IMG/VR virus record: IMGVR_UViG_3300044951_001136
Source of the DNA: a virus
Taxonomy: Duplodnaviria > Heunggongvirae > Uroviricota > Caudoviricetes
Strand: one strand, 5' to 3'
DNA: 64,000 nt
Under the pieces are notes generated by a model. The model did no database searches, was not told where the DNA came from, and saw nothing but the letters and a program-made list of their open reading frames with translations. The position numbers and the translations under genes are program-made. Numbering within the stretch: the stretch's first letter is position 1; each line of letters starts with the position of its first letter. Of this stretch, positions 44,968 through 60,828 are shown piece by piece.

Positions 44968-47900
44968 ATGTCATTAACCTCACCGGGCGTCGAAGTCACT
45001 ATCATTGACCAAAGTCAATATCTACCTGCACCAGGCGCCACCGTGCCGTTGGTAGTTTTCGCAACAGCACAGAATAAAGCAAACCCTTCTGGTACAGGTG
45101 TCGCAGCCGGTACTACAGCGGCAAATGGAGGTAAATTATATCAAATTACAAGTCAAAAAGATTTGGTAGATTTTTATGGTGTACCGTTCTTTTATACAAC
45201 AACAGCAGGAACACCTATCCAAGGTTACGAATTAAACGAATACGGGTTATTAGCGGCTTATTCCGCATTAGGCACAACCAATCGGGTATATACATTACGT
45301 GCTGATATTGATCTAGCAAGTCTAGTAGGTTCAGTTGGTCGTCCTTCAGGTGCACCGGCAAATGGTGCATATTGGTTAGATACAACTACTTCTACATGGG
45401 GTATCTTCCAGTTCAATGCAACAACCGGACAATTTACAGCAAAAACTCCAATCGTTATAACAGACCAGGCATATTTAACCAATGGTGAACCTATTGCTAG
45501 TTTAGGTAATATTGGTGATTATGCAATTAATGCTACGGTTGAAGCTGATTCAGCATATCAACAATATTATTACAAAACTTCTAGTAATGTTTGGACAACA
45601 TTAGGGTCCAGAACATGGCGAGGTCAATGGCCAACTGTTCAAGGTACAAATTCTAACCCTACATTAACTGCCACTGACACTTTAATTATTAGTTTAAGTG
45701 GGGTGTGGTCTACTACTGTTGCGGTGCCTGCATCCCCTTTTAACACTGTTCAAGGTGTTGCAAATGCTATCAATTCATTGGGATATAGCTATATTACTGC
45801 GGAGGTAGTATCAGGTAAATTAGTCTTATTATCTACTCAACCTTCAACTACTGGTAATCAATATCTTGGAATTACTGGCACAGGCACAGTGTTAGCTGAT
45901 GTAGGGTTAACTGCACAAAATTACTATCAACCTCAAGTTGTATATGGTACTTCAGCAGAAATGCCGTTATGGTCAAGTAGTCAAACATATCCTCATCCAA
46001 CTGGTTCAGTATGGATTAAGGCTAGCAATGCAGGTCTTGGTTTAACCCCGGTTGTTTCTGAATATAATGCAGTTACTGGTTCTTTTGTAGCAAAATCTGT
46101 AACATTAGCTACCAATAACTGGTCAGCAGATGCTACTATTGACGCCACTGGCGGACAAGCGATTCCGGTAGGTACTGTCTACGCACAATACGATTGGAGC
46201 TATCCTTTTAAAAACAGCACCTTTCCTATATATTTATGGGAAAGAGCAGCAACAGGGCCAACAGTGGCAACCGGCAGTGAGACAGCTTTCACAATAGCTT
46301 TGCCGTATACGTTGTCAACAGCAACTATTACAGTTCAAACCAGTATACCAAATAGTACTAGCTTGTCAAGTCAATATACTGTTACTATTCCTAATAATTG
46401 TACTCCGTTGCAATTTGTAACTAACTGGTTAGCTGCTGCTATTCCTTATACAACTGCATTGTTAACTACTGACGATGCTGTGCAATTAGTACATACTCAA
46501 GGTGGCGAAATTGTAATGAATGATCGTATATCAACAGCAGGAGCTAATCAAGGGCGTTCTGCCACCATACTAACACAAGCTGGCTTTGATGCTCAAATTA
46601 CTCCTTTTGTTCAATACGATGGCCCACTTTCAGGTGCTAGTGTAGATTTTAATGGCATAGCTACTACAGGTGGTGCTGGCTCAGGATTGACAGTGAATGC
46701 AAATATTCAAAGTGGCTTCCTTTATGGTATAATAGGAACAGGTGTAGCGTCTGGCGGAACTGGTTATGCTGTAGGTAATACTATAACAGTTAGTGGAGCA
46801 TTATTGGGAGGAGCTACACCGGCCAATGATTTATTATTAAAAGTTGTATCAGTGAGTTCAGGTGTAGTTACCGCAGTAACTTATTACAGCGGTGTATCTT
46901 CACTAAAAACTTCTATTCAAGTTAGTAACTGGATTCCACTAGTGTTTACAGCAAATGAAGGTGCTCCGGTAGCAGCTCCTGCACAAGGTACAAATTGGTT
47001 CTGGAGTGTCATTGACCAAGTAGACATTATGGTTCAATCCGGCGGACAATGGAATGGTTATAAAAATATAAATTATGACAGTACTGGTTTCCCGACCCCA
47101 ACTGGAAGTAACACAACAGATCCAGCTGGTCCTATAATTGCTGCAACTGCACCAACAACTCAAAGTGATACTACAGCGTTAGTATACGGTGATCTATGGA
47201 TTGATACCAGTGATTTAGAACTGTATCCAATAATCAGTCGTTGGGAATTTGATACAACAAGCATGACAGACATGTGGGTATTGTTAGACAACGCTGATCA
47301 AACAAGCAGCAAGGGTGTAGTGTTTGCTGATGCACGTTGGGCAACCAACGACAACACAAATGTAGTTGATGATCCTATTCCAAGTATCGTTAGCTTATTG
47401 GCCAGCGACTATGTAGACTTAGATGTACCTGATGCAGCATTATACCCAACAGGTATGCTATTATTTAACACACGCCGTTCAGGTTACAATGTTAAATCAT
47501 ACCAAGCAAATTACTTCAACGGCATTAATTTCCCTGATCAAACTTTGCCAGTAGAAACAGCAACGTGGTTAAGTGAAAGTGGATTGCAATCAAATGGTGC
47601 TCCTTATATGGGTCGTCAGGCGCAACGTAATATGGTTGTAATATCATTGCGTTCAGCAATGGATACTAACAATGACATTCGTGATGAAGATAATTTCTTC
47701 AACTTGATGGCTACTCCTGGTTATCCAGAATTACAACCTAATATGGTTGTGTTGAATGCTGATCGTGGTGATACAGGTTATATCTTAGGTGATACTCCAA
47801 TGAGATTGCCATCAGATGCTACATCAATTCAAGCATGGGCAACTAACGCGGCAGGTGCTACAAGCACAGGTGAAGCAGGATGTGTAACACGTAATACATA

Positions 47901-48552
47901 TTTAGGTTTGTTCTATCCAAGTGGTATCACAAGTGATCTAAGTGGTAATCTAGTTGCAGTTCCCGCAAGTCATATGATGTTGCGTACATTTATCAGAAAT
48001 GATACAGTTGCTTATCCTTGGTTAGCAGCAGCAGGTACACGTAGAGGTAATATTGACAATGCAACAAACATCGGTTATATTGATAGTGCAACTGGTGAAT
48101 TTATAACTACTAAGACACGTATTGGTATTCGTGATGTGTTGTATATTAACTTTATCAATCCATTAGTATTCTTTACTGGCATTGGATTGTTGAATTATGG
48201 CAACAAGACAAGTTTCAATAGTTCTAGTGCTTTAGACAGAACTAACGTTGCACGACTAATTGCGTATGTTCGTAGACAATTAACATTAGCAGCACGTCCA
48301 TTCGTATTTGAACCTAACGATGCACTAACAAGACAACAAATTCAAGGGGTTATTCAAACATTGATGGTAGATTTAGTTGCTAAACGCGGAATTTATGATT
48401 ATCTTGTAATATGTGATGAAAGTAACAACACACCAGCAAGAATAGATAGAAATGAACTTTGGGTAGACGTTGCAATTGAACCAGTCAAGGCAGCTGAATT
48501 TATCTACATCCCGGTTCGTGTATTAAACACAGGTGAGATAGCAGGAATATAG
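44968..48552 (+). CDS. 18: contractile tail sheath protein (T4 gp18-like), enlarged
   Basis: N-term LTSPGVEVTIID; C-term VPASH..W.A.AG..RG, INP, GNKT, R.NVARL, FEPND, IDRNEL.V...PVKAAEFIYI. Confidence 0.93.
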   Translation: MSLTSPGVEVTIIDQSQYLPAPGATVPLVVFATAQNKANPSGTGVAAGTTAANGGKLYQITSQKDLVDFYGVPFFYTTTAGTPIQGYELNEYGLLAAYSALGTTNRVYTLRADIDLASLVGSVGRPSGAPANGAYWLDTTTSTWGIFQFNATTGQFTAKTPIVITDQAYLTNGEPIASLGNIGDYAINATVEADSAYQQYYYKTSSNVWTTLGSRTWRGQWPTVQGTNSNPTLTATDTLIISLSGVWSTTVAVPASPFNTVQGVANAINSLGYSYITAEVVSGKLVLLSTQPSTTGNQYLGITGTGTVLADVGLTAQNYYQPQVVYGTSAEMPLWSSSQTYPHPTGSVWIKASNAGLGLTPVVSEYNAVTGSFVAKSVTLATNNWSADATIDATGGQAIPVGTVYAQYDWSYPFKNSTFPIYLWERAATGPTVATGSETAFTIALPYTLSTATITVQTSIPNSTSLSSQYTVTIPNNCTPLQFVTNWLAAAIPYTTALLTTDDAVQLVHTQGGEIVMNDRISTAGANQGRSATILTQAGFDAQITPFVQYDGPLSGASVDFNGIATTGGAGSGLTVNANIQSGFLYGIIGTGVASGGTGYAVGNTITVSGALLGGATPANDLLLKVVSVSSGVVTAVTYYSGVSSLKTSIQVSNWIPLVFTANEGAPVAAPAQGTNWFWSVIDQVDIMVQSGGQWNGYKNINYDSTGFPTPTGSNTTDPAGPIIAATAPTTQSDTTALVYGDLWIDTSDLELYPIISRWEFDTTSMTDMWVLLDNADQTSSKGVVFADARWATNDNTNVVDDPIPSIVSLLASDYVDLDVPDAALYPTGMLLFNTRRSGYNVKSYQANYFNGINFPDQTLPVETATWLSESGLQSNGAPYMGRQAQRNMVVISLRSAMDTNNDIRDEDNFFNLMATPGYPELQPNMVVLNADRGDTGYILGDTPMRLPSDATSIQAWATNAAGATSTGEAGCVTRNTYLGLFYPSGITSDLSGNLVAVPASHMMLRTFIRNDTVAYPWLAAAGTRRGNIDNATNIGYIDSATGEFITTKTRIGIRDVLYINFINPLVFFTGIGLLNYGNKTSFNSSSALDRTNVARLIAYVRRQLTLAARPFVFEPNDALTRQQIQGVIQTLMVDLVAKRGIYDYLVICDESNNTPARIDRNELWVDVAIEPVKAAEFIYIPVRVLNTGEIAGI

Positions 48553-48561
48553 TAAACTAAA

Positions 48562-48581
48562 ATAACCCCTTCGGGGGTTAT
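48562..48581 (+). terminator. UUCG hairpin between sheath and tube genes
   Basis: ATAACCCC-TTCG-GGGGTTAT; weak U-tail, so may be a stabilising/processing hairpin; late promoter follows at 48594. Confidence 0.55.
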
Positions 48582-48623
48582 CAGTTTAGTTAAGATAAAT
48601 AAGATTAATAGGAGAAATATAAA

Positions 48624-49256
48624 ATGGCAACAGCCTCACAATCATTGTTCAACATGACAGTCGCCTCTGATAATGCCGGCGGCAATCAGGGCTTACTAAT
48701 GCCCAAACTACAGTTCAGATTCAGAGTTAATTTTTTGAATTTTGGAGCAGACACCAGTACGGTAGAGTTAACAAAGCAAGTTATTGATTGCTCTCGTCCC
48801 AACGTACAGTTCACAGAAATTCCAATAAATATTTATAACTCAACAATGTATTTGGCTGGAAAGGCTGCATGGCAAACATTAGCTATCAACATTCGTGATG
48901 ATGCTTCAAACAGTGTGTCAAGATTAGTTGGTCAGCAATTACAGAAGCAAATGGATTTTGTTGAACAAGCAAGTGCGGTATCTGGTCAAGACTACAAGTT
49001 TCAAACAAACATTGAAATACTAGACGGTGGCAATGGTGCAAGTACTCCGGTAGTATTAGAAACTTGGGAATGTTATGGTTGCTTTGTTCAAACCGCAAAC
49101 TATAATACATTAAATTATGTTACAAACGATGCAGTGACAATTTCATTGACCTTACGTTTTGATAACGCAATTCAATCACCTCTCGGTACAGGGGTCGGTA
49201 CACAAGTACCAAGGACATTTGGTTCAATTACTACCGGTATCGGTGGTTCTTTCTAA
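48624..49256 (+). CDS. 19: tail tube protein (T4 gp19-like)
   Basis: Follows sheath; RFRV.F, RP...F..I, GK..W..L....RDD, W...GCF pattern. Confidence 0.85.
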   Translation: MATASQSLFNMTVASDNAGGNQGLLMPKLQFRFRVNFLNFGADTSTVELTKQVIDCSRPNVQFTEIPINIYNSTMYLAGKAAWQTLAINIRDDASNSVSRLVGQQLQKQMDFVEQASAVSGQDYKFQTNIEILDGGNGASTPVVLETWECYGCFVQTANYNTLNYVTNDAVTISLTLRFDNAIQSPLGTGVGTQVPRTFGSITTGIGGSF

Positions 49257-49283
49257 AAAGAATCGTAACTAAATAAATCTAGC

Positions 49284-50489
49284 ATGTCTGGATTTTATCA
49301 AAACTTACAAACAGACACTGCCGGAGCATTTTCCGGCAGTGTTTTCCTTCGTGATTACACTCACGCTAGTAAAACATTTAGACCCAATGCATATGAAAAT
49401 GCTCCTAAATTTAAGTTTCTATTTCATGTTTACTTTCAACTTAATCCAACTGGATTGCCAAGCGACTTCAATTTGGCTAGTTACGGCCTATTAGTTAAAA
49501 CAGTAAAACTCCCTGGCTTTAATTTAGACGTAGCAACATTGAATCAATATAATCGTAAAAGATTGATACAAACAAAAATCAAATACGATCCAGTTAATAT
49601 TACGTTCCATGATGATAATGGAAATTCAATTAGAAAAATGTGGAAGGGTTATTACAATTACTACTACGCCGATGGAACAAAACCACAAGTTGTGTTTAAC
49701 GGAGCAAGAGGAGATACCCCAATATCACAATTAACAGGAGGCGGAGGGTTCGCAGGTGAAACTGATGCCACATACAATAGCAGAACACAATATCAACCTT
49801 CTATTACTGGGAATGCAAGTTGGGGTTATCAAGGTAGTACTAGCGATCCAACTGGTCAAAAAATACCTTTCTTTAAAAATATAACAGTGTTTGGTTTCAA
49901 CCAACATAATTTTGTAGCTTATACATTGATCAATCCTGTAATAACAGCTTTTAGCCATGATACATATGATTATGCTCAAGGCAACGGAACAATGGAACAT
50001 CAAATGACATTGGATTACGAAACTGTAGTTTATAATGAAGGTGCAATAGATGGTAAGAGCCCCGATAATATCGTCACTGGATTTGGTGAGGAAGCTTTTT
50101 ATGATAGAAGATTAAGCCCTATAGCAAGACCCGATGCAAATTCAAAGATATTAGGTCAAGGTGGATTAGTTGACGGTGCTGGCGGCACATTGAAAACTAA
50201 TAGAAATATAGTACAAGAAACTAACACGGCGAATGGCACGGCATATAATACATTTAAAAATACAAACATAGTGAATATTGCAAAATCAGAAGTTGTCAAT
50301 GGTATAAATAATTCAGTAGGACAAACCCCAAATAGAAATGTCAATGTAGCAACTCCTATATTTGGTGCTATTCAAAGTAGAATTGGAACTGCTGGAGCAA
50401 AATTATCAGGAGCACTATCTGCACCTCCACAGATAGGCGGTAATCCTTCCGCGGGTTCACAAACATCCGGTCAGAGTGGACCACAATAA
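49284..50489 (+). CDS. tail-tube-like/baseplate tube initiator (gp48/gp54-like)
   Basis: VKTVKLPGF...NQYNRKR...YDPVNITFHDD tube-fold motif; follows the tube gene. Confidence 0.6.
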   Translation: MSGFYQNLQTDTAGAFSGSVFLRDYTHASKTFRPNAYENAPKFKFLFHVYFQLNPTGLPSDFNLASYGLLVKTVKLPGFNLDVATLNQYNRKRLIQTKIKYDPVNITFHDDNGNSIRKMWKGYYNYYYADGTKPQVVFNGARGDTPISQLTGGGGFAGETDATYNSRTQYQPSITGNASWGYQGSTSDPTGQKIPFFKNITVFGFNQHNFVAYTLINPVITAFSHDTYDYAQGNGTMEHQMTLDYETVVYNEGAIDGKSPDNIVTGFGEEAFYDRRLSPIARPDANSKILGQGGLVDGAGGTLKTNRNIVQETNTANGTAYNTFKNTNIVNIAKSEVVNGINNSVGQTPNRNVNVATPIFGAIQSRIGTAGAKLSGALSAPPQIGGNPSAGSQTSGQSGPQ

Positions 50490-50498
50490 AGTAAAAAA

Positions 50499-50858
50499 AT
50501 GTCACAAATTATAGATAATCGTACAAACTTAGATCAAACAGTTAGAATTTTTGATTCTTTTTATGCGTTCAATTCAGTTGTTAATGCTGTAGAATATGAT
50601 ATCGTATATTCATATTTTGTATCTGTTTGTGCCTCTAAAAATATTGCAGCTAATTTTACTGCGGTGTTATTTAGAATAGCACAAGAAACACAGATACCTG
50701 TATTACAATTAATTGACCAAATCAAAGGTACAAAGAAAATGGAAATGAATCAAATTCTTGCTTACTATCTAAATAGTTTTAAAAGCAAAACTTCATTATA
50801 TGGCATAGCTATCATACCAAAATCAAATCAACCAGTGGCACGAAACATAGTGCAATAA
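50499..50858 (+). CDS. hypothetical protein
   Basis: 119 aa in the tail operon. Confidence 0.75.
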   Translation: MSQIIDNRTNLDQTVRIFDSFYAFNSVVNAVEYDIVYSYFVSVCASKNIAANFTAVLFRIAQETQIPVLQLIDQIKGTKKMEMNQILAYYLNSFKSKTSLYGIAIIPKSNQPVARNIVQ

Positions 50859-50860
50859 GT

Positions 50861-51310
50861 ATGGCTAATTATGCTCAGGGTACTTATACTTGCCGAAATC
50901 CACAAAAGTATGTAGGTAAACATAAACCCAAATACAGATCGTCTTGGGAAATGCGGGTTATGATGTTTTTAGATGAAAATAAACATATTACACATTGGGC
51001 AAGTGAATCAATTTCAATACCGTATCGTAGCCCATTAGATGGAAAAATACATCAATATATTCCTGATTTTTTTGTGGTTTATGAAAATAAATCACATCAA
51101 ATTAAGGCAGAAATAGTTGAAGTAAAACCAAAAAGTCAAACATCATTGACTGAAGCAAAAACCAGACATGATAAATTACATGCAATAGTTAACCAAGCTA
51201 AATTCCTATCCGCTACTGCATATTGCAAACAGCACGGTTATGTTTTTAGGGTCATTAGTGAAGATTCAATTTTTGCAAATACTACTAGTAGTGTAAAAAA
51301 AAGAAGATGA
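50861..51310 (+). CDS. head completion nuclease (T4 gp4-like, TnsA-type PD-(D/E)XK)
   Basis: NPQKYVG..YRSSWE...W.SE...IPY.SPLDGK.HQYIPDF, EVKP, N.AK...A. Confidence 0.85.
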   Translation: MANYAQGTYTCRNPQKYVGKHKPKYRSSWEMRVMMFLDENKHITHWASESISIPYRSPLDGKIHQYIPDFFVVYENKSHQIKAEIVEVKPKSQTSLTEAKTRHDKLHAIVNQAKFLSATAYCKQHGYVFRVISEDSIFANTTSSVKKRR

Positions 51311-51351
51311 CCTTTTTAGAAATGGGTCACGAAAGTAACTAAATACTTTCT

Positions 51352-51828
51352 ATGACGAAACGACTAGAAGAACTTTTTGAACTGCCGCAAGATGAAATAG
51401 ACACCTTGGCGAAACCAACACCAGAAAATGCACAGGAAATAACCACTGAAGCATTAGATAGTCTATCAAAAATAGAACAAGCATTACCTCAAGTCCGTGG
51501 ATTAGAAGCCGCAGATGATGAGATGGATGCATTAGCTGAGATGGCTACAAGCAGCTACAAAGACTTAATTGATCTTGGGATGCAAGTGGATAGCAGATAT
51601 GCCAGTGAGATATTTAATGTTGCTGGAACTATGCTTGGTCATGCTATTACTGCAAAAACTGCTAAACTAAATAAGAAGTTAAAGATGATTGATTTACAGT
51701 TGAAAAAAGCACAATTGGATCAAAAAGAATCAAGTAGGGACAAGGAAATTGAAGCTACCCCAATAGGAGAAGGTAGAGAACTTGATAGAAACGAGTTGCT
51801 TAAGATGTTGGCAGCAAAATCCACTTAA
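51352..51828 (+). CDS. probable terminase small subunit (T4 gp16-like)
   Basis: Helical pattern VDSRYASEIFNVAG.ML...KL.KKL.L resembles gp16; no direct confirmation. Confidence 0.4.
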   Translation: MTKRLEELFELPQDEIDTLAKPTPENAQEITTEALDSLSKIEQALPQVRGLEAADDEMDALAEMATSSYKDLIDLGMQVDSRYASEIFNVAGTMLGHAITAKTAKLNKKLKMIDLQLKKAQLDQKESSRDKEIEATPIGEGRELDRNELLKMLAAKST

Positions 51829-51859
51829 AAAGATAAATAATATATACAGGAATAAAAAC

Positions 51860-52489
51860 ATGCGAAGCCTTAAACATTTCATTGTTGAAAGTATACATAC
51901 TTACAAGTATACTATCAAAATTGCCGGCACCATTGACAAAAACTTTATAGACATGTTTAAGTACAATCTAAAAAAGTTTGACCCAGTGGAAATTGGTGAA
52001 CCAAAAAGTACTCCAATACAGAAATCACCATATGGTTTTCCTAACTTAGAGAACGAAAGTGTTACATTGATTAAAGTTGAGTTTAGATACCCAGCTACAG
52101 AACCAATGGTGCAACAACTTGCTCAGTTATGCGGATACAATGTTAACATGGTGCGTATGATATCAACTGCTTTTGATGATAGTATTGATAGTGAACAGGC
52201 GGGATATCAAAATGAAATGAGTCATAGCCCATTGCTTGATAAAGAAGAAATGGGTGAGCAGCCTGATGCCAAAGCAGCAAGCAAGGCGTACGGGGATTCA
52301 TATTTACAATCAATCAAAGATCAAGCTAAAGAGTCTAAGATTGATATTCCATATGCAGGGACAAGAACAAAAGATGCGTTTGACCCGTTCAAGCCATATT
52401 TAGATGATAAGAAGATGGGGGACAAGAGCCCAATGAGTACTATAAAGATGCCACCAAAGCCAAAGACTGGCGCAGCATATAACCGTTAA
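51860..52489 (+). CDS. hypothetical late protein
   Basis: Start moved to ATG 51860 after GATAAATA 51832-51839 and AGGA. Confidence 0.75.
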   Translation: MRSLKHFIVESIHTYKYTIKIAGTIDKNFIDMFKYNLKKFDPVEIGEPKSTPIQKSPYGFPNLENESVTLIKVEFRYPATEPMVQQLAQLCGYNVNMVRMISTAFDDSIDSEQAGYQNEMSHSPLLDKEEMGEQPDAKAASKAYGDSYLQSIKDQAKESKIDIPYAGTRTKDAFDPFKPYLDDKKMGDKSPMSTIKMPPKPKTGAAYNR

Positions 52490-52499
52490 GGAAAATAAA

Positions 52500-55448
52500 A
52501 TGGATTTCAGAGATATATTAAAATCGTTTGACAATTTATCAGAAGCCACAACTACTACTGATACAGGTGAAGTTCACACTGCTGACCCAGGTGGTTACGG
52601 TCGTAAAGACGATGAAGATGCTGACGGTAACCCAGTTAAGCAAGCACCTCCTGCCGTGAAGCGTGGCAAAGGTCGTCCTCCAAAAGCAGCCCCTGCAGGT
52701 AGCAAGCCTGATTGGTCAGCATTTGGTGTAACAGGTAAAGATGTTAAGTTGCCCAAGTGGGATAAAAGTAAAACTACTAAGCATAGTTTGAAAGAATACT
52801 TTGATCAATTAACCCAAGCATTGAATGAAGCTGATCAAATTGAAATCAAACCGGCTTCACAAATGCCTAAGCAGCCCGGACAAACACTACAGCCCGGACA
52901 ACAGCAACAAATGGCAGGTCAACCACAAAAGAACACACAAGTTATTGCACAAGGTGATAAGACACTAGGTACAGTTGACAACGCTCAATTAGCACAACAG
53001 ATTAAACAATCTATTGGTAAAGGTGAACTGACTTTAATGCCTGATCAACAAATGGCTGAAGATGGTGAAAATTGGATCAAGGGTGCTATTAAGCATCCGG
53101 GCGCCTTCACCACAAAAGCAAAATCTCACGGTATGACTCCTACTCAATTCAGAGCAAAAGTCTTAGCACACAAAGAAGATTATCCTGCTAAGACAGAAAA
53201 GCAAGCACAACTTGCTACGACATTAAGCAAGATGCATGAGGCTGAAGCTCCACAGTACTTTGCACAATCAAGTCCACTAAGCACTGCTAATCGCGGTGTA
53301 TTAGAAGGCAAGAAAGGTGTAAATCCTTTTGTCAAGAAAGATGACAAGGCTGAAAAGATTGGAAAAAAAGTTACCAAAGATATAGAAAAGGATGAGAAGA
53401 AAGGGAACGCACCTAAGAAAGGTGTTAATCCTTTTGCTAAGAAATCTGCCAAACCAGACTTTCTAGATATAGATAAAGACGGTAATAAGAAAGAGCCAAT
53501 GAAGAAAGCTGTCAAAGATAAAAAGAAAGTTAAAGAAGGCATGGAACATAATTTACAAGCTGCAAGACTTCAAGGTAAAAGCCATGCACTAAGAAAAATG
53601 CCATACAATTGCACAAACGATGATATGGAAGAAGCAAGACACTATCACGACGGGTTCAAAGAAGGCTTAGATGAGTGCTATGGTCAAATGCCAATACTAG
53701 GTCTCACTGCAATTGGTGAAATGGGTCAAGGACCTGAAGTTGGCACAATGGCTAGTTATGGCGCACATGATGTAATGGATGAAGGCATGGGTAAAGGTGA
53801 TATAGATATGTTTGGTGAAGATGATTATATGGATATTATCCAAGACATGATTGATAATAATCGCCGCTATATGAGTCCAAGTAGAAAACCAAGAGTAATG
53901 GCCGCAGTTAAAAAATATGTAGAATCAAACGGTGGAGTATTTGATCCTATGTTGTTTGAAGAAATGTATGATCGGATAGTATCATTCGCCCGAGATATAT
54001 TTAACGAGCAAGGCATGGGTGAAGTAGATGAGATGGATAAGACTTCTTACATGAAGCAACAAGCAATTACAACGCCCGGTAACACTTTCAAAGCATTTGG
54101 ACAAACAATGCGTGATAACAATGTTTTAGATGAATTTGCTTTTGAATCATTAGATAAGCAATTAAATTCTTTACTTGAAAATGTTAATGAAGGTAGAATG
54201 AATGAACTATCATTGGATTTTAAAGAGTTAACTGACGCAGAATTCAAAAAGAAATACGGTAAAACTAAGGCTGAATTCAAAGCCAATGTGAAAAGTGAAG
54301 AAAATGTATCTGAAGGAATGACAGTTTCAATCAGTAAAGGTCAACAAGGATCACCTGATTCAGTGTCAGTATCAGCACAAGATGGTGAAGCTGACCAATT
54401 GTTATCTATAATTAAATCAGCAGGTTTAGGCTTATTTGGAGGTGAAGAACAAGGTTTCAATGCACCACAAGGCTCAGCAGGTGCTCACGGTGGTATCAGC
54501 GTAGTTGATGACCATGACGGTATGATGTCATTGATGAAGAAATTGTCAGGCACTGGCGGCGGAGAAATGACAGATGACGGTGACTATGAAGATGAAGAAG
54601 GTTCCAGTGAAGAAGATCATGGGCATGAGGCAGAAACATGCGAGTCATGTGGCGACATGATGGAAGAGAATCATCAATGTGAATCCGATGAACAACCAGT
54701 TATGGGCGAAGATGAATCAGAAGATCAAATGACTGATGATGTATCTGAAGCAAATGCCCCAGATTCCGGTGCTGATAATACCAATGCTGATGTTGCAGGG
54801 AATGCAGCAGCTAATAGTGCATTGGCAACGGCAGATGCAGGTGCAGACGAAGAAGAAGGTGAAGTATATTCAAGCCCAACTAACGAAGCTGAAGATGAAA
54901 CAGGTGAAGAAGCCGGCACAGACGCATTAGATGAAGATAACAATTGCAAAAAATGTGATTGCAATCCTTGCAAATGCGAAACAATGTCAGAATCAAGTTT
55001 CACTAATCTTTTCAGAAAAATAGCAATGCTTTCAGAAGAATCAACTAAAGTAGAAGAATCAGAAGAAAGACCTTTTATTTGTGTACATGCTAAAAAAGGT
55101 AAGTGCGAAGTTAAAGCAAGTAGTAGTTATCAAGCAGCACAAAAAGCTGCTCAGAAATGGGGACTTAAAAGTACAGCTGGCATTGATGCCCACTTGTCTG
55201 ATGTAAAAAAGGATACTAGTTCAATAGAAGAATCATACGCTAACAGTGCAGATGATACATTTGAAGCTGACATTGGATTTATGATGAATGTTATAAGTGG
55301 TGGATTGAATAAACAAAAATCTACCGGTCAAACAACTATCCCAGTAATCTCAGGGCAAAAGAATCGCATGGGTGCTGATGGCTTAGGTAATCCTATGAAA
55401 GAATCCACTGAGTTGTTAAAAGACTACATGAAATTAAGCGGTCTATAA
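52500..55448 (+). CDS. large acidic modular protein (putative internal-head polyprotein)
   Basis: 982 aa, D/E-rich; many [VLM]xE sites; in-frame cassettes bounded by direct repeats; ends LLKDYMKLSGL. Confidence 0.6.
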   Translation: MDFRDILKSFDNLSEATTTTDTGEVHTADPGGYGRKDDEDADGNPVKQAPPAVKRGKGRPPKAAPAGSKPDWSAFGVTGKDVKLPKWDKSKTTKHSLKEYFDQLTQALNEADQIEIKPASQMPKQPGQTLQPGQQQQMAGQPQKNTQVIAQGDKTLGTVDNAQLAQQIKQSIGKGELTLMPDQQMAEDGENWIKGAIKHPGAFTTKAKSHGMTPTQFRAKVLAHKEDYPAKTEKQAQLATTLSKMHEAEAPQYFAQSSPLSTANRGVLEGKKGVNPFVKKDDKAEKIGKKVTKDIEKDEKKGNAPKKGVNPFAKKSAKPDFLDIDKDGNKKEPMKKAVKDKKKVKEGMEHNLQAARLQGKSHALRKMPYNCTNDDMEEARHYHDGFKEGLDECYGQMPILGLTAIGEMGQGPEVGTMASYGAHDVMDEGMGKGDIDMFGEDDYMDIIQDMIDNNRRYMSPSRKPRVMAAVKKYVESNGGVFDPMLFEEMYDRIVSFARDIFNEQGMGEVDEMDKTSYMKQQAITTPGNTFKAFGQTMRDNNVLDEFAFESLDKQLNSLLENVNEGRMNELSLDFKELTDAEFKKKYGKTKAEFKANVKSEENVSEGMTVSISKGQQGSPDSVSVSAQDGEADQLLSIIKSAGLGLFGGEEQGFNAPQGSAGAHGGISVVDDHDGMMSLMKKLSGTGGGEMTDDGDYEDEEGSSEEDHGHEAETCESCGDMMEENHQCESDEQPVMGEDESEDQMTDDVSEANAPDSGADNTNADVAGNAAANSALATADAGADEEEGEVYSSPTNEAEDETGEEAGTDALDEDNNCKKCDCNPCKCETMSESSFTNLFRKIAMLSEESTKVEESEERPFICVHAKKGKCEVKASSSYQAAQKAAQKWGLKSTAGIDAHLSDVKKDTSSIEESYANSADDTFEADIGFMMNVISGGLNKQKSTGQTTIPVISGQKNRMGADGLGNPMKESTELLKDYMKLSGL

Positions 55449-55462
55449 AAGAATCGTAACTT

Positions 55463-55494
55463 AAAATACTCGGCTTTATGTCGGGTATTTTTTT
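55463..55494 (+). terminator. intrinsic terminator
   Basis: AATACTCGGC/GTCGGGTATT stem plus T-run. Confidence 0.8.
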
Positions 55495-55532
55495 GGGTTG
55501 TTGTTTCTTAAAAAACGATAAATACATTATAA

Positions 55533-60725
<5,193 letters not shown>

Positions 60726-60828
60726 TTATGTGTAATTTGCGGCGGCATAAATATATGTGACAACATTGTAAAATTCCTGGGGTCGCATCCGGCGTATCTT
60801 AGGTAACAAAACATAAATGGAAATTAAA

